Of a stretch of 42,218 nucleotides of DNA, positions 14,585 through 23,038 are shown in pieces. Position 1 is the stretch's first letter, and the number at the start of each line of letters is the position of its first letter. The translations under genes and the position numbers were made by a program. The stretch covers positions 1-42,218 of the IMG/VR virus record IMGVR_UViG_3300025287_000004; one strand, 5' to 3'. Under the pieces are notes generated by a model. It was not told the DNA's origin. It ran no database searches and worked only from the letters and a program-made list of their open reading frames with translations. The DNA is from a virus. Taxonomy: Duplodnaviria > Caudoviricetes.

Positions 14585-15335
14585 CGCAGCAATCGCAACC
14601 ATCGGCCACAACCGGCCGCCCGAGGCCATCGACGAAGAGCCGACGCCGTTCGACCTGTCCCGGCAGGAGATCGAGGCCCTCTACGAAGAGGCCACGCACT
14701 GGCTGGATGGCGAGCCCATCGAGAGCCAGGAGGTCGCCGACAAGGTCGCCAAGCTGATGTCCGACATCCGGGCAGCGGCTAAGACGGCAGACGAGCGGCG
14801 CAAGGTGGAGAACGAGCCCTTCGACAAGGGCAAGGCAGAGGTTCAGGCGCGGTACAACCCGCTGATCCAGAAAGAACGGGGCAAGGCGGACCTAGCGCTT
14901 TCGACCTGCAAGAAGGCGCTCGCCCCGTTCCTCCAGAAGCAGGAAGACGAGAAACGCCGCGTCGAGGCGGCAGCACGGGCCGAGGCTGACCGCCTTCGCA
15001 AGGAGGCCGAGGATAAGATCCGCGCCGCGTCCGGCTCCGACCTCGCCAAGAAGGCAGAAGCAGAGGCCGCACTGAGCCTCGCCAAGTCGGCTGACAAGGT
15101 GGCGAACCGCGCCGCCAAGGATCACGCCGGCGCCTTCGGTGGCGCACGCGCTGCCAGCCTGCGGACCCGCTACCGAGCCGAGATCACCGACATGCGGGAG
15201 TTCGCCCGGTTCGTCTGGGTGAACCACAAGACCGAGCTTGAGGAATTCCTCCAGCGCATCGCGCAGCAGCGGGTGGACGGCAAGAGCCGCGACATTCCCG
15301 GCGTGACCATCCACGAAGAGAAGGTAGCAGTCTGA
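14577..15335 (+). CDS. Coiled-coil protein of the recombination module
   Basis: GGAGG RBS; 'IGHNRPP' start, long helical body, 'IPGVTIHEE' end. Confidence 0.75.
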   Translation: MSNAAIATIGHNRPPEAIDEEPTPFDLSRQEIEALYEEATHWLDGEPIESQEVADKVAKLMSDIRAAAKTADERRKVENEPFDKGKAEVQARYNPLIQKERGKADLALSTCKKALAPFLQKQEDEKRRVEAAARAEADRLRKEAEDKIRAASGSDLAKKAEAEAALSLAKSADKVANRAAKDHAGAFGGARAASLRTRYRAEITDMREFARFVWVNHKTELEEFLQRIAQQRVDGKSRDIPGVTIHEEKVAV

Positions 15336-16276
15336 TGAAAACGAAGACCATCAAAGCGATCCTCCGCAAGAAGGTCGATGCGTGGCTGGAGTCCATCGAG
15401 GACGAAACCGTTCGCGATCTCGCTGCCAAGGGCACCATGATAACCGGCGGGGCAATCGCGTCGATGCTCCTGAACGAGGATGTCAACGACTTCGACATCT
15501 ACTTCCGGGACCACGCCACGACGCTGGCCGTCGCCGACTACTACGTCAAGCGGTTCCACACCAAGAACAAGGCCGGCATTCCTTGCGCCATCTACGTCGA
15601 CGATACAGAGGGCCGCGTGAAGGTCGTCATCAAATCGGCGGGCGTTGCGAGCGAAGACGGCGCGAAGACCGAGTACCAGTATTTCGAGAGCCGCCCGGCG
15701 GATGACGCGCAGGGATACGTCGGCGAGGTCATGGGTGACGCTGGCGAAATCCAGGAAGCCTACGAGAAGACCGAAGAGATGGCGCTTGCCGTCGAGGACG
15801 ATGGCAAGCCAGCGTTCCGTCCGGTCTTCATGTCGACGAACGCGATCACCCTCAGCGGCAAAATCCAGATCGTCCTGCGGTTCTACGGCGAGCCCGACAC
15901 GATCCACGAGAACTACGATTTCGTCCACTGCACGAATTACTGGACCAGCCGGGACAACAACCTCGTCCTGCGACAGCCCGCATTGGAAGCCCTCCTGGCG
16001 CGCGAGCTTCGGTATGTGGGCTCGAAGTATCCGGTCTGTTCGGTGATCCGTCTCCGCAAGTTCATCAAGCGCGGCTGGTCCATCAATGCGGGCCAGATCC
16101 TCAAGATGATGATGCAGATCAGCGCGCTGGACCTGACCGATCCGGCGGTCCTTGAGGACCAGCTTACCGGCGTCGACAGCGCCTACTTCATCCAACTGAT
16201 GACGAAGATCCGCGAGAAGGACCCCGAGAAGGTCAACACCGCGTACCTCGTCGAAATCATTGACAGGATGTTCTGA
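15335..16276 (+). CDS. Pol-beta superfamily nucleotidyltransferase-like protein
   Basis: 'MITGGAIASMLLNEDVNDFDIYF' = GG...DxD signature; later 'YDFVHC'. Confidence 0.7.
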   Translation: MKTKTIKAILRKKVDAWLESIEDETVRDLAAKGTMITGGAIASMLLNEDVNDFDIYFRDHATTLAVADYYVKRFHTKNKAGIPCAIYVDDTEGRVKVVIKSAGVASEDGAKTEYQYFESRPADDAQGYVGEVMGDAGEIQEAYEKTEEMALAVEDDGKPAFRPVFMSTNAITLSGKIQIVLRFYGEPDTIHENYDFVHCTNYWTSRDNNLVLRQPALEALLARELRYVGSKYPVCSVIRLRKFIKRGWSINAGQILKMMMQISALDLTDPAVLEDQLTGVDSAYFIQLMTKIREKDPEKVNTAYLVEIIDRMF

Positions 16277-17043
16277 TGTTGACCGACACGCAAAAGAACG
16301 CGCTACGGGAGAAGCTGGACCCGACGCACGTCAAGACCCGCGAGCAGGCGGGGCAGACCCTCTCCTACATCGAAGCATGGCGCGTGATCGACGTAGCCAA
16401 CAGCATCTTCGGCTTCGATGGGTGGACCCGCGAGACCGTCGAGATGCAGGAGGTCCGCCCCGCTGAGTTCATCAAGCAGGAGAAGACCGGGCGCAACGGC
16501 CCATACACCGTCGAGCAATGGCGCGTCGGCTTCATGGCGAAGGTCCGCATCGTCGTCGGGACGGTCGTGCGCGAGGGGACCGGCTTCGGGTCGGGTATCT
16601 CGAAGCAGCTTGAGGACGCCTACGAGAGCGCCGTCAAGGAGGCTGAGAGCGACGCGATGAAGCGCGCCATGATGACGTTCGGCAATCCCTTCGGCCTCGC
16701 TCTCTACGACAAGACGCAGGCGAATGTCGGTGTAGATGAGCCCGCGCCAGAGAAGGCCCCCGCACGCGCCACGCCGCCGGCCAATGCCAACAGCGGCCCC
16801 CTGACCCCGGCGGGTCGTCAACGCCGAGCCGGTGAGCGCCTGACGGATGCGAACGACGTGCAGACCATCATGGAAGCGTTGCTCGCCAACGTGACCAAGA
16901 AGGGCGATCCCGACGCCCTCAAGAAGTGGGCGACCGGACAGCGCGCGCAGATCGCATCGCTTCCCGACAATGCCTTCGATGAGTTCATGGATGCCTACGA
17001 GCGCGAGATGGATGAGCTGGTCGCCGGGCGGGTCTTCGCATGA
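16276..17043 (+). CDS. sak: Rad52/22-like single-strand annealing protein (Sak)
   Basis: 'LSYIE...ANSIFGFDGW', 'REGTGFG', 'KEAESDAMKRA...FGNPFGLALYDK'. Confidence 0.9.
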   Translation: MLTDTQKNALREKLDPTHVKTREQAGQTLSYIEAWRVIDVANSIFGFDGWTRETVEMQEVRPAEFIKQEKTGRNGPYTVEQWRVGFMAKVRIVVGTVVREGTGFGSGISKQLEDAYESAVKEAESDAMKRAMMTFGNPFGLALYDKTQANVGVDEPAPEKAPARATPPANANSGPLTPAGRQRRAGERLTDANDVQTIMEALLANVTKKGDPDALKKWATGQRAQIASLPDNAFDEFMDAYEREMDELVAGRVFA

Positions 17044-17468
17044 CCCGGCGCACGCGTGAAACAGCCGGCTGCATCGTCGCCAAGACGCCGAAGGGCATCG
17101 CCCCCGTCAGCGGCTTCGATCAGGAGCAGTTGATGGGCTTCCCCATCGGCGCCGAGTTCAAGCTGGTGCGGATGAACAAGCGGTCGATCCCGCACCACCG
17201 GGCATACTGGAAAGCCCTCTCGCTGGTCTGTGAGAGCACGAACCAGTGGCCGACGCACGAACACCTGCACGACGCCCTCAAGCGCGCCTGCGGCTACGTC
17301 ACGGTCAACCACGACATGAGCGGCAGGCCTTTCGTCACCACCGACAGCACCGCCTTCGACGCGATGACCCAGGACGAGTTCAAGGCCTACTTCGACAAGG
17401 CCATGGCGAAGCTCGCCGAGGCTGTTGGCTTCGATCCCCTCGCCTTCCTTGAGGAGAATGCCGCATGA
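17040..17468 (+). CDS. DUF1367/NinB-like protein
   Basis: 'RSIPHHRAYW...STAFDAMTQDEFKAYFD'. Confidence 0.7.
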   Translation: MTRRTRETAGCIVAKTPKGIAPVSGFDQEQLMGFPIGAEFKLVRMNKRSIPHHRAYWKALSLVCESTNQWPTHEHLHDALKRACGYVTVNHDMSGRPFVTTDSTAFDAMTQDEFKAYFDKAMAKLAEAVGFDPLAFLEENAA

Positions 17469-17671
17469 CGCTTTGGCAAGACATCGGGACCGCGCCCAAG
17501 GACGGCACCATCATTGACCTCTGGCACCCCGCCTATGGCCGGATGACCGACTGCTGGTGGGACGACGGCGAGTGGGCAGCATTCGTCACCGAGGGCTTCA
17601 CGCACTGGAGCCGCCCGACCAAGCCCGATGGCACCCCCTGCATCATCATGTGTGAGGACGAGCCCGCATGA
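17465..17671 (+). CDS. DUF551-like protein
   Basis: 'WQDIGTAPKDGT...THW'. Confidence 0.7.
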   Translation: MTLWQDIGTAPKDGTIIDLWHPAYGRMTDCWWDDGEWAAFVTEGFTHWSRPTKPDGTPCIIMCEDEPA

Positions 17672-17856
17672 CCCTTACCAACTTCGCGATCATCCCCGAG
17701 CCTCAGCCCAAGCGCGCGATCCGCCGCCCGCTGAAGATGGCCGCAGACAACCTGTGCCGGATCAAGGCCGAGCAGCTTGCACGCGAACTGCGGGCGAAGG
17801 CGGAAGCCGCCGGCAAGTCCGAGGCGTGGAATGAAGGAGACGAGGCAAATGGCTAG
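17668..17856 (+). CDS. Hypothetical protein
   Basis: ATGA overlap; operon packing. Confidence 0.55.
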   Translation: MTLTNFAIIPEPQPKRAIRRPLKMAADNLCRIKAEQLARELRAKAEAAGKSEAWNEGDEANG

Positions 17857-18241
17857 AACCGTCCCCGAATGGCGCGGCAAGACCGACAACTCCATGCCCG
17901 GCAAGCTCGCCTCGCTGCGCATATGGGAGCGCTGCAAGGGCCGCTGCGCCCACTGCGACAAGAAGATCATGCCGGGCGATAAGCCTGCCCGCGATCACAT
18001 CGTCGCCCTGGCAGACGGCGGGGCGAACGTCGAGAGCAATTTCCAAATCCTGTGCGGCCAGTGCCACGAGGCGAAAACGTCGGCTGAGAACACCGACCGC
18101 GCCAAGGTTCGCAGCATGAAAGCGAAGCACCTCGGCATCCGCAAGCCGTCCACCTTCCCCGGTGGCCGCAACAGCCGTTTCAAGCGCACAATGTCCGGCA
18201 AGGTCGTGGACCGCCAGACAGGAATGGAGGTCGGACGATAA
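17849..18241 (+). CDS. HNH endonuclease
   Basis: CxxC, 'DHIVAL..GG.N..SN...LCGQCH..KT'. Confidence 0.88.
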   Translation: MARTVPEWRGKTDNSMPGKLASLRIWERCKGRCAHCDKKIMPGDKPARDHIVALADGGANVESNFQILCGQCHEAKTSAENTDRAKVRSMKAKHLGIRKPSTFPGGRNSRFKRTMSGKVVDRQTGMEVGR

Positions 18242-18699
18242 TGCTTGATCGTGCCATGTCCCTCGACGACGCCGCCCGTGTGCTGGGCATTGACGAGGAG
18301 AGCGAGAACCCGTCGCGCTATGTCCGCGATCTCATCCGACGCTATGGCGTCCCCTTCACGCGCGTTGGCCGGTCTGTAAAGCTGCGCCCTGATCAGTTAC
18401 GCCTTCTCGGCGAGAGGATGGTAGAATGCCCCTCACACTCGAACCCGACAAGAAGTCCGGCATCTACCAGATCCGCGGAACCGTCACCGTCTGGACGGGT
18501 GGTCAGCCTCGCAGCATTGAAGTCCGACGCTCAACGCGCACCCGCAACCGAAAAGAAGCCGACGCCATCCGCCGGCAAATCGAAGGTGAGGTCTCGGAGC
18601 GCAGCATCACCGGTCGCGAACCCGCTATCACGTTCGAAGAGGCGGCCCGTCTCTATCAGCGGAAGGGCGGAGAAGCCCGCTTCCTCGCCAAGCCGTTAG
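18241..18699 (+). CDS. xis: Excisionase-like HTH protein
   Basis: 'MSLDDAARVLG...FTRVGRSVKL' winged HTH directly before int. Confidence 0.7.
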   Translation: MLDRAMSLDDAARVLGIDEESENPSRYVRDLIRRYGVPFTRVGRSVKLRPDQLRLLGERMVECPSHSNPTRSPASTRSAEPSPSGRVVSLAALKSDAQRAPATEKKPTPSAGKSKVRSRSAASPVANPLSRSKRRPVSISGRAEKPASSPSR

Positions 18700-19493
18700 C
18701 CCACCTCGGCGATCACCGCATTGACGAGATCGGCCAGCCGGAGATCGACGACGCTGCGCTGAAGGCATACCCCGCCGCGAAGCCGGCCACAGTGCGCCGC
18801 CAGTTCTACGCGCCCACCCTCGCCGTTCTTCGAGCCAATGGGCAGAACCCGTTTGTGAAGCGCCCTGACGATAGCGCCAAACGGACATATTTCTTCTTGC
18901 CTGCGAAGGCAGATGCGCTGATCGAGGCGGTCGTGGGCGGGAGGTGGCCTAACCCTTGGTCCCCTGCTCTCGTCACATTCCTGTTCGGCCAAGGAGCGCG
19001 CATCTCGGAGGCGCTGGCGATCGACGGTCGCGACGATGTTTCTCTTGAGCATCGCTATGTCATTCTGCGCGATCCGAAGAACGGGCTGCAACGGACGGTC
19101 AATCTGATCCCCCGCGTCGTGGCCGCGCTCTCTGCGATCCCGAACATCGGCCAGCCGGGGCCGCTCTTCCTGCGCTATGATGGCCGGCCCTATGCCAGCC
19201 GAGCGAACAGCGGGAACCCATTGCGGTTCTGGGGCGCGGCGTGCGGTCGCATCGGCCTTGATGAACACCTCTACACCCCGCACACCGCTCGGCACTCATG
19301 GGCAACATGGTTCCACGCGCAGACGCATGACGTGGTGCGCCTCAAGGACGAAGGCGGGTGGCAGTCGAACGAGTGGCAGCGATACGTGAAGCTCGGCACA
19401 CCGGAGCTTGGCGCCGACGCCTGGAAGCGCGGATGGCGCTTTGTGAACGAGACCGGAACAGACTCTGCGGATTTCTTGCGGAAACGAGGCTGA
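18426..19493 (+). CDS. int: Tyrosine integrase
   Basis: 'GARISEAL', 'PKNG', 'HTARHSWAT', 'GGW', 'RYV' catalytic motifs; adjacent to att. Confidence 0.93.
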   Translation: MPLTLEPDKKSGIYQIRGTVTVWTGGQPRSIEVRRSTRTRNRKEADAIRRQIEGEVSERSITGREPAITFEEAARLYQRKGGEARFLAKPLAHLGDHRIDEIGQPEIDDAALKAYPAAKPATVRRQFYAPTLAVLRANGQNPFVKRPDDSAKRTYFFLPAKADALIEAVVGGRWPNPWSPALVTFLFGQGARISEALAIDGRDDVSLEHRYVILRDPKNGLQRTVNLIPRVVAALSAIPNIGQPGPLFLRYDGRPYASRANSGNPLRFWGAACGRIGLDEHLYTPHTARHSWATWFHAQTHDVVRLKDEGGWQSNEWQRYVKLGTPELGADAWKRGWRFVNETGTDSADFLRKRG

Positions 19494-19577
19494 AAACCGC
19501 GCATGTTCGCGTCTGTTCTCGTAATGCCCCGTCACTTCGGATAGGATGGAAAGATGCCAGAAACGTCGCAAGGCCCC

Positions 19578-19606
19578 TTGAACAATAGGCTTCCGGCAGA
19601 TAGGAA
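19578..19606 (+). promoter_or_regulatory. Promoter for the reconstituted tRNA-Ser
   Basis: TTGAAC-N17-TAGGAA, then GC-rich CCGTCCCC, then the tRNA 5' end. Confidence 0.6.
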
Positions 19607-19614
19607 CCGTCCCC

Positions 19615-19657
19615 GGAGAGGTGGCCGAGTGGTCGAAGGCGCTCCCCTGCTAAGGGA
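19615..19657 (+). other. attP: attP core region: 5' half of tRNA-Ser(GCT)
   Basis: GGAGAGGTGGCCGAGTGGTCGAAGGCGCTCCC-CTGCTAA-GGGA; similarity stops in the anticodon stem, no T arm follows. Confidence 0.88.
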
Positions 19658-19768
19658 TGCGAGCCGACCAGCCGCCATACCGAAACTCTCATATTTCCCA
19701 AGCCGTTGGCCTTCGTTGTCGCGAAGCCGTTTTTGGCACTTTGCGGATTTCTTGCAGGGTTCGCTTTT

Positions 19769-19789
19769 GTTCGTGCTGCGTTCTACACT
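19769..19789 (+). promoter_or_regulatory. Alphaproteobacterial LexA box abutting a -10 element
   Basis: GTTC-N7-GTTC (19769-19783) followed by TACACT. Confidence 0.55.
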
Positions 19790-19830
19790 CCCCACCCCGC
19801 AGTCTGGGAATGGATAGAGAGGGCGAGAGA

Positions 19831-20079
19831 ATGCACATCCGATACGGTGACGGGACGACAGAGTACGGCCCCGGCGTAACGATCGAACTGTCCGGCGATG
19901 AAGTTGCCCTCGCTATCAGTGCATGGCTGGTTGCTCATGGCGTTCATATCCAAGGGCCTCGGACGATCACAGTGAACGACGAACTCTGCGAGGCTGGCGA
20001 AGTTTACGTCGACCCGAGCGGCCTCGTCGTTTCAAACGGGACGCTTTTCTCTGGCCGAGGATTGGACAAAGCGGGATAG
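19831..20079 (+). CDS. 82-aa hypothetical protein next to att
   Basis: GAGG RBS; MHIRYGDGTTEYGPGVTIEL... Confidence 0.7.
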   Translation: MHIRYGDGTTEYGPGVTIELSGDEVALAISAWLVAHGVHIQGPRTITVNDELCEAGEVYVDPSGLVVSNGTLFSGRGLDKAG

Positions 20080-20087
20080 GGCGAACG

Positions 20088-20125
20088 CAACGAAACCCGC
20101 CGCGCTCAATCAAGAGCACGACGGG
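20088..20125 (-). terminator. Intrinsic terminator ending the late operon
   Basis: CCCGTCGTGCTC-N6-GAGCGCGGCGGG then TTTCGTT. Confidence 0.7.
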
Positions 20126-20151
20126 CTGGGTATATCGGCAGTGAGTGACGG

Positions 20152-20475
20152 CTAGGCCGGCAGGACGAGACCGCCTTTGAACGCGAAGGTCACGACGCCG
20201 GCCAGGAGCGACCCGGCGATGGCCCAGCCCACACGGTTGACGACGCCTTGCAACGATTCCAGCCGCTTCTCGATGGCATGGAACTGGCGATTGATGCCGC
20301 TGAACTTCTCGTCCAGATGCTCGCGCTCCTGCGCCCGAATATCCTGCATGAAGCCCCGTTCCTGACGGCTAAGCTCCTTCAAGGCTTCATGGGCGGATTG
20401 GAGCGTATCGATCCGACGAGTCATATCGGAGATCGAGCCCTCGACGCGGGCGACGCGGGATTCCACATCTGGCAT
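20152..20475 (-). CDS. Coiled-coil protein with C-terminal TM (holin candidate)
   Basis: Last gene of the lysis cassette; start could instead be GTG 20508. Confidence 0.6.
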   Translation of the reverse strand: MPDVESRVARVEGSISDMTRRIDTLQSAHEALKELSRQERGFMQDIRAQEREHLDEKFSGINRQFHAIEKRLESLQGVVNRVGWAIAGSLLAGVVTFAFKGGLVLPA

Positions 20476-20625
20476 CCTATCACACGCTTCCGTCAAGCCG
20501 GCCGTCACAGTGTTTGCTGTTCATCATTCGTCAACCACCGGGCTTGATGCTGAACGCAGCCGGCGCCCTCTCATTAGGGTTTCGGTCAGGCTCGTCGCTG
20601 GGGCGCAATCCCAACGGCGGGCCGC

Positions 20626-20871
20626 TTATCGCTGCACGGAGTTGTGCCGCGCGCATTCCTGGGGCCTGTAGAGCCCGATGGCGCAGCCGCCGGCTACCGT
20701 GTCGTCGATCGCCGTTTGATCCGCTGGAGTCGCACCACGCGAACCGGGAAGGGCCGTCCCGAGCGCACGGCGCAGATCAGTCGACGCTGACACAGAGGCC
20801 ACGTTCGAAGTCCCAACGCAGCCCCCGAGCGACACAAGCAGCGCGGTCAAGACGAGCGGTTTCACCAGCAT
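20626..20871 (-). CDS. o-spanin (Rz1-like lipoprotein)
   Basis: Signal peptide with lipobox LGG-C; AGGAGG RBS; overlaps the i-spanin. Confidence 0.78.
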   Translation of the reverse strand: MLVKPLVLTALLVSLGGCVGTSNVASVSASTDLRRALGTALPGSRGATPADQTAIDDTVAGGCAIGLYRPQECARHNSVQR

Positions 20872-21022
20872 TGCCGGCCTCCTGATTTTGTCGGATGGTT
20901 TCGAGGGTCGCGCCGAGTTCGCCGGACTGCTTCGCCGTCCACATGGCATAGCCGAAGACGAACAGGCCGGCGGCGACGAGAGCGCCAATGAACAGCACGC
21001 GCGGAGTGAGGAAGCCGAACAT
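20777..21022 (-). CDS. i-spanin (Rz-like)
   Basis: N-terminal TM, helical periplasmic part with Cys; follows the endolysin. Confidence 0.75.
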   Translation of the reverse strand: MFGFLTPRVLFIGALVAAGLFVFGYAMWTAKQSGELGATLETIRQNQEAGNAGETARLDRAACVARGLRWDFERGLCVSVD

Positions 21023-21786
21023 CACTCGCTCCGAACGCGCTTGACGACGAAGTAGACGCCCACCAGGACGGCCACGACCATCAGGAAGGCGAGTGCCCAC
21101 TGGATCGGGCCGGTGCCGCTGGCGATGGCCGCAAAGCCCGACAGGACGCCGCCAATCGGCCCCCATGCTTCCGGCTTCTTGAGGATGTCGGTGACGGCCT
21201 TGTCGGACTGAGGCGCCTTGGCAGTCTCGGTCGGCGTCAGGCCGGGATTGGCGGTCGGCTTCGCGCCGGCTGCCATCTTGAGCGCGGCGGCGCGAACCTC
21301 CGCTACACGGCGCGACCAGCCCTTGCCGAACGCGCTCCACGTCTTGAGCGAGCGCATGAAGGCCAGCCGGCGGTCGCAGTAGGCATTGATCAGGGCGCTG
21401 GTGCCGCCCTTGTACGAGTGGACCGCCGCCAGCGTCTTGTCGCCGATGATGCCGTCCATCGCCACGCCGACGATGCGCTGCAATTCCTTGACCGCCCGCG
21501 ACGGCCCGGAGTTCACCGAGAAGTCGAACACCGCATAGTCGAGGCCGACAGCGAGGCGGTCGGCGCCGGCCTGATGCCAGTAGTTCTTGCGGTAGATCTG
21601 CTCGGCTTCGGAAAGCGTCAGCGCCTTCACATCGTCGGCAGTCGTTGCACGGCGGCGATGGGCGCGCAGCGTGGCGAGGGTGACGCCGTATTTGGTCGGG
21701 CCTCCCGGATCGCGTGGGTGATTGGAGTAGCCGCCCTCATGGCCGAACATCAGCGAGAGCGCGACCGAAAGCGTTTCGGCAGCCAT
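21022..21786 (-). CDS. Endolysin, glycoside hydrolase family 108, with two C-terminal TM helices
   Basis: 'HEGGYSNHPRDPGGPTKYGVT', 'FDFSVNSG', 'DGIIG', 'FGKGWSRRV'. Confidence 0.92.
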   Translation of the reverse strand: MAAETLSVALSLMFGHEGGYSNHPRDPGGPTKYGVTLATLRAHRRRATTADDVKALTLSEAEQIYRKNYWHQAGADRLAVGLDYAVFDFSVNSGPSRAVKELQRIVGVAMDGIIGDKTLAAVHSYKGGTSALINAYCDRRLAFMRSLKTWSAFGKGWSRRVAEVRAAALKMAAGAKPTANPGLTPTETAKAPQSDKAVTDILKKPEAWGPIGGVLSGFAAIASGTGPIQWALAFLMVVAVLVGVYFVVKRVRSE

Positions 21787-21880
21787 GGTGGTTCTCCGGG
21801 TTGTGGAAGATTTTGCTTGGGGATCAGCGGATGTTGTCGCTACGGTAAGACGTACTGCCAAAACCGGAGGGACGTGCAGA

Positions 21881-23032
21881 ATGGGTATGGGACATATCGA
21901 GGTCGAGCTGCTGATCCACGAGCACGCGCACAAGCCGATCAAGGGCGAAGTGCTTGCGGTCGGGCGACAGCACATCGCGCCGAATGCCGAAGAGGTTCGC
22001 GATATGCTGGACCGCTATGGGGTGAAGCGCAGGACGACCAGCTTCGAGGTGGACACGCTGAACACCCACAACCACAACGGCCAGGAGACCATCCTGGACA
22101 GTTCGCTGTTCCAGTCCTTCACCGATGCAAAATACTACGTCGCGGACATCAGCCCGTATGAAGGCGCCGACTTCATCTTCGACGTCTGCGGCGAGGTGCC
22201 GGAAGAGCTGATCGGCCGGTTCGATTTCATCATCGACGGCGGTTCGCTCGACAACGTGTTCGACCCGCTCTCGATGGTCCGCAACATGACGAAGATGCTC
22301 AAGCCGGGCGGTCGCATGTTCATCTATGCGTGGTCGAACGGCTTCCCATCGGCCTATGTGAAGATCACGCCCGACTGGATCATGGACTATTGCCTGGTGA
22401 ACGAATTCGCCGACGCCAAGGTCTATGCTTCGCGCTGCGATATGCCTTTCGGTGATCCCGAGCTTGGCGGATGCGTGGACCTGTACCACTGCCGCCCGAC
22501 AGCGGAGACACCCCATGGCGAGATCGCCGAGGCCTCATACGTGCGGGTGCAGGGATACGGGTCGACCTACTGCATAGCAGAGAAGGGCGAGAACTCGACC
22601 TCTGACCGGATGGCAGTCCAGAAGCATTATCGCGGAGAGAACGTCGAGCCGTACCTGACATCGGCCAAGCGCTTCGCTTCTTCCGAGCACCCTGCTTTCG
22701 CCCTGCCCGGTCAGGAACTTCCTGACATGCCAGTCATCAGCGATCAGCCGACAGTGGTTCCAGTCGCCCGCTTTGGCACGCCGCGCGAGGTCACGACGGA
22801 AGAGATGATCATCCGGCGGCTCGACCAGATCGCCACCGGCAACCATCTGATCGCTACACAGGTAGAAGCTGGTCTCGGCACGCTCTGGAACCGCGTTTAC
22901 CAGCAGGGGCAGGAAGCGTCGAAGCAGATCTACGACACAGGGCAATCGGTCAAGGCTCTTGAGAGGGCAATACCAGAGCAGGCTCAAAAGCCTGCGGAGC
23001 CGCTGCGCCGCAGGCTATTCAGCAGAGGCTGA
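21881..23032 (+). CDS. Class I SAM-dependent methyltransferase-like moron
   Basis: 'ADISPYEGADFIFD...FDFIIDGGSLDNVFD...MLKPGGR'; GGAGG RBS; opposite to the late genes. Confidence 0.78.
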   Translation: MGMGHIEVELLIHEHAHKPIKGEVLAVGRQHIAPNAEEVRDMLDRYGVKRRTTSFEVDTLNTHNHNGQETILDSSLFQSFTDAKYYVADISPYEGADFIFDVCGEVPEELIGRFDFIIDGGSLDNVFDPLSMVRNMTKMLKPGGRMFIYAWSNGFPSAYVKITPDWIMDYCLVNEFADAKVYASRCDMPFGDPELGGCVDLYHCRPTAETPHGEIAEASYVRVQGYGSTYCIAEKGENSTSDRMAVQKHYRGENVEPYLTSAKRFASSEHPAFALPGQELPDMPVISDQPTVVPVARFGTPREVTTEEMIIRRLDQIATGNHLIATQVEAGLGTLWNRVYQQGQEASKQIYDTGQSVKALERAIPEQAQKPAEPLRRRLFSRG

Positions 23033-23038
23033 TGCAGG

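Larger units (their letters stand above)
19466..19755. repeat. Putative integrase arm-type sites flanking the att core
   Basis: TGCGGATTTCTTGC at 19466-19479 and 19742-19755. Confidence 0.65.

Noticed and set aside
18426-18699. 274-nt xis/int overlap as a novelty
   Set aside because: The xis extension is low-complexity Ser/Pro/Arg sequence, and xis/int overlaps are common.
19615-19700. Intact tRNA-Ser gene
   Set aside because: Similarity stops in the anticodon stem; there is no T arm or 3' acceptor strand.
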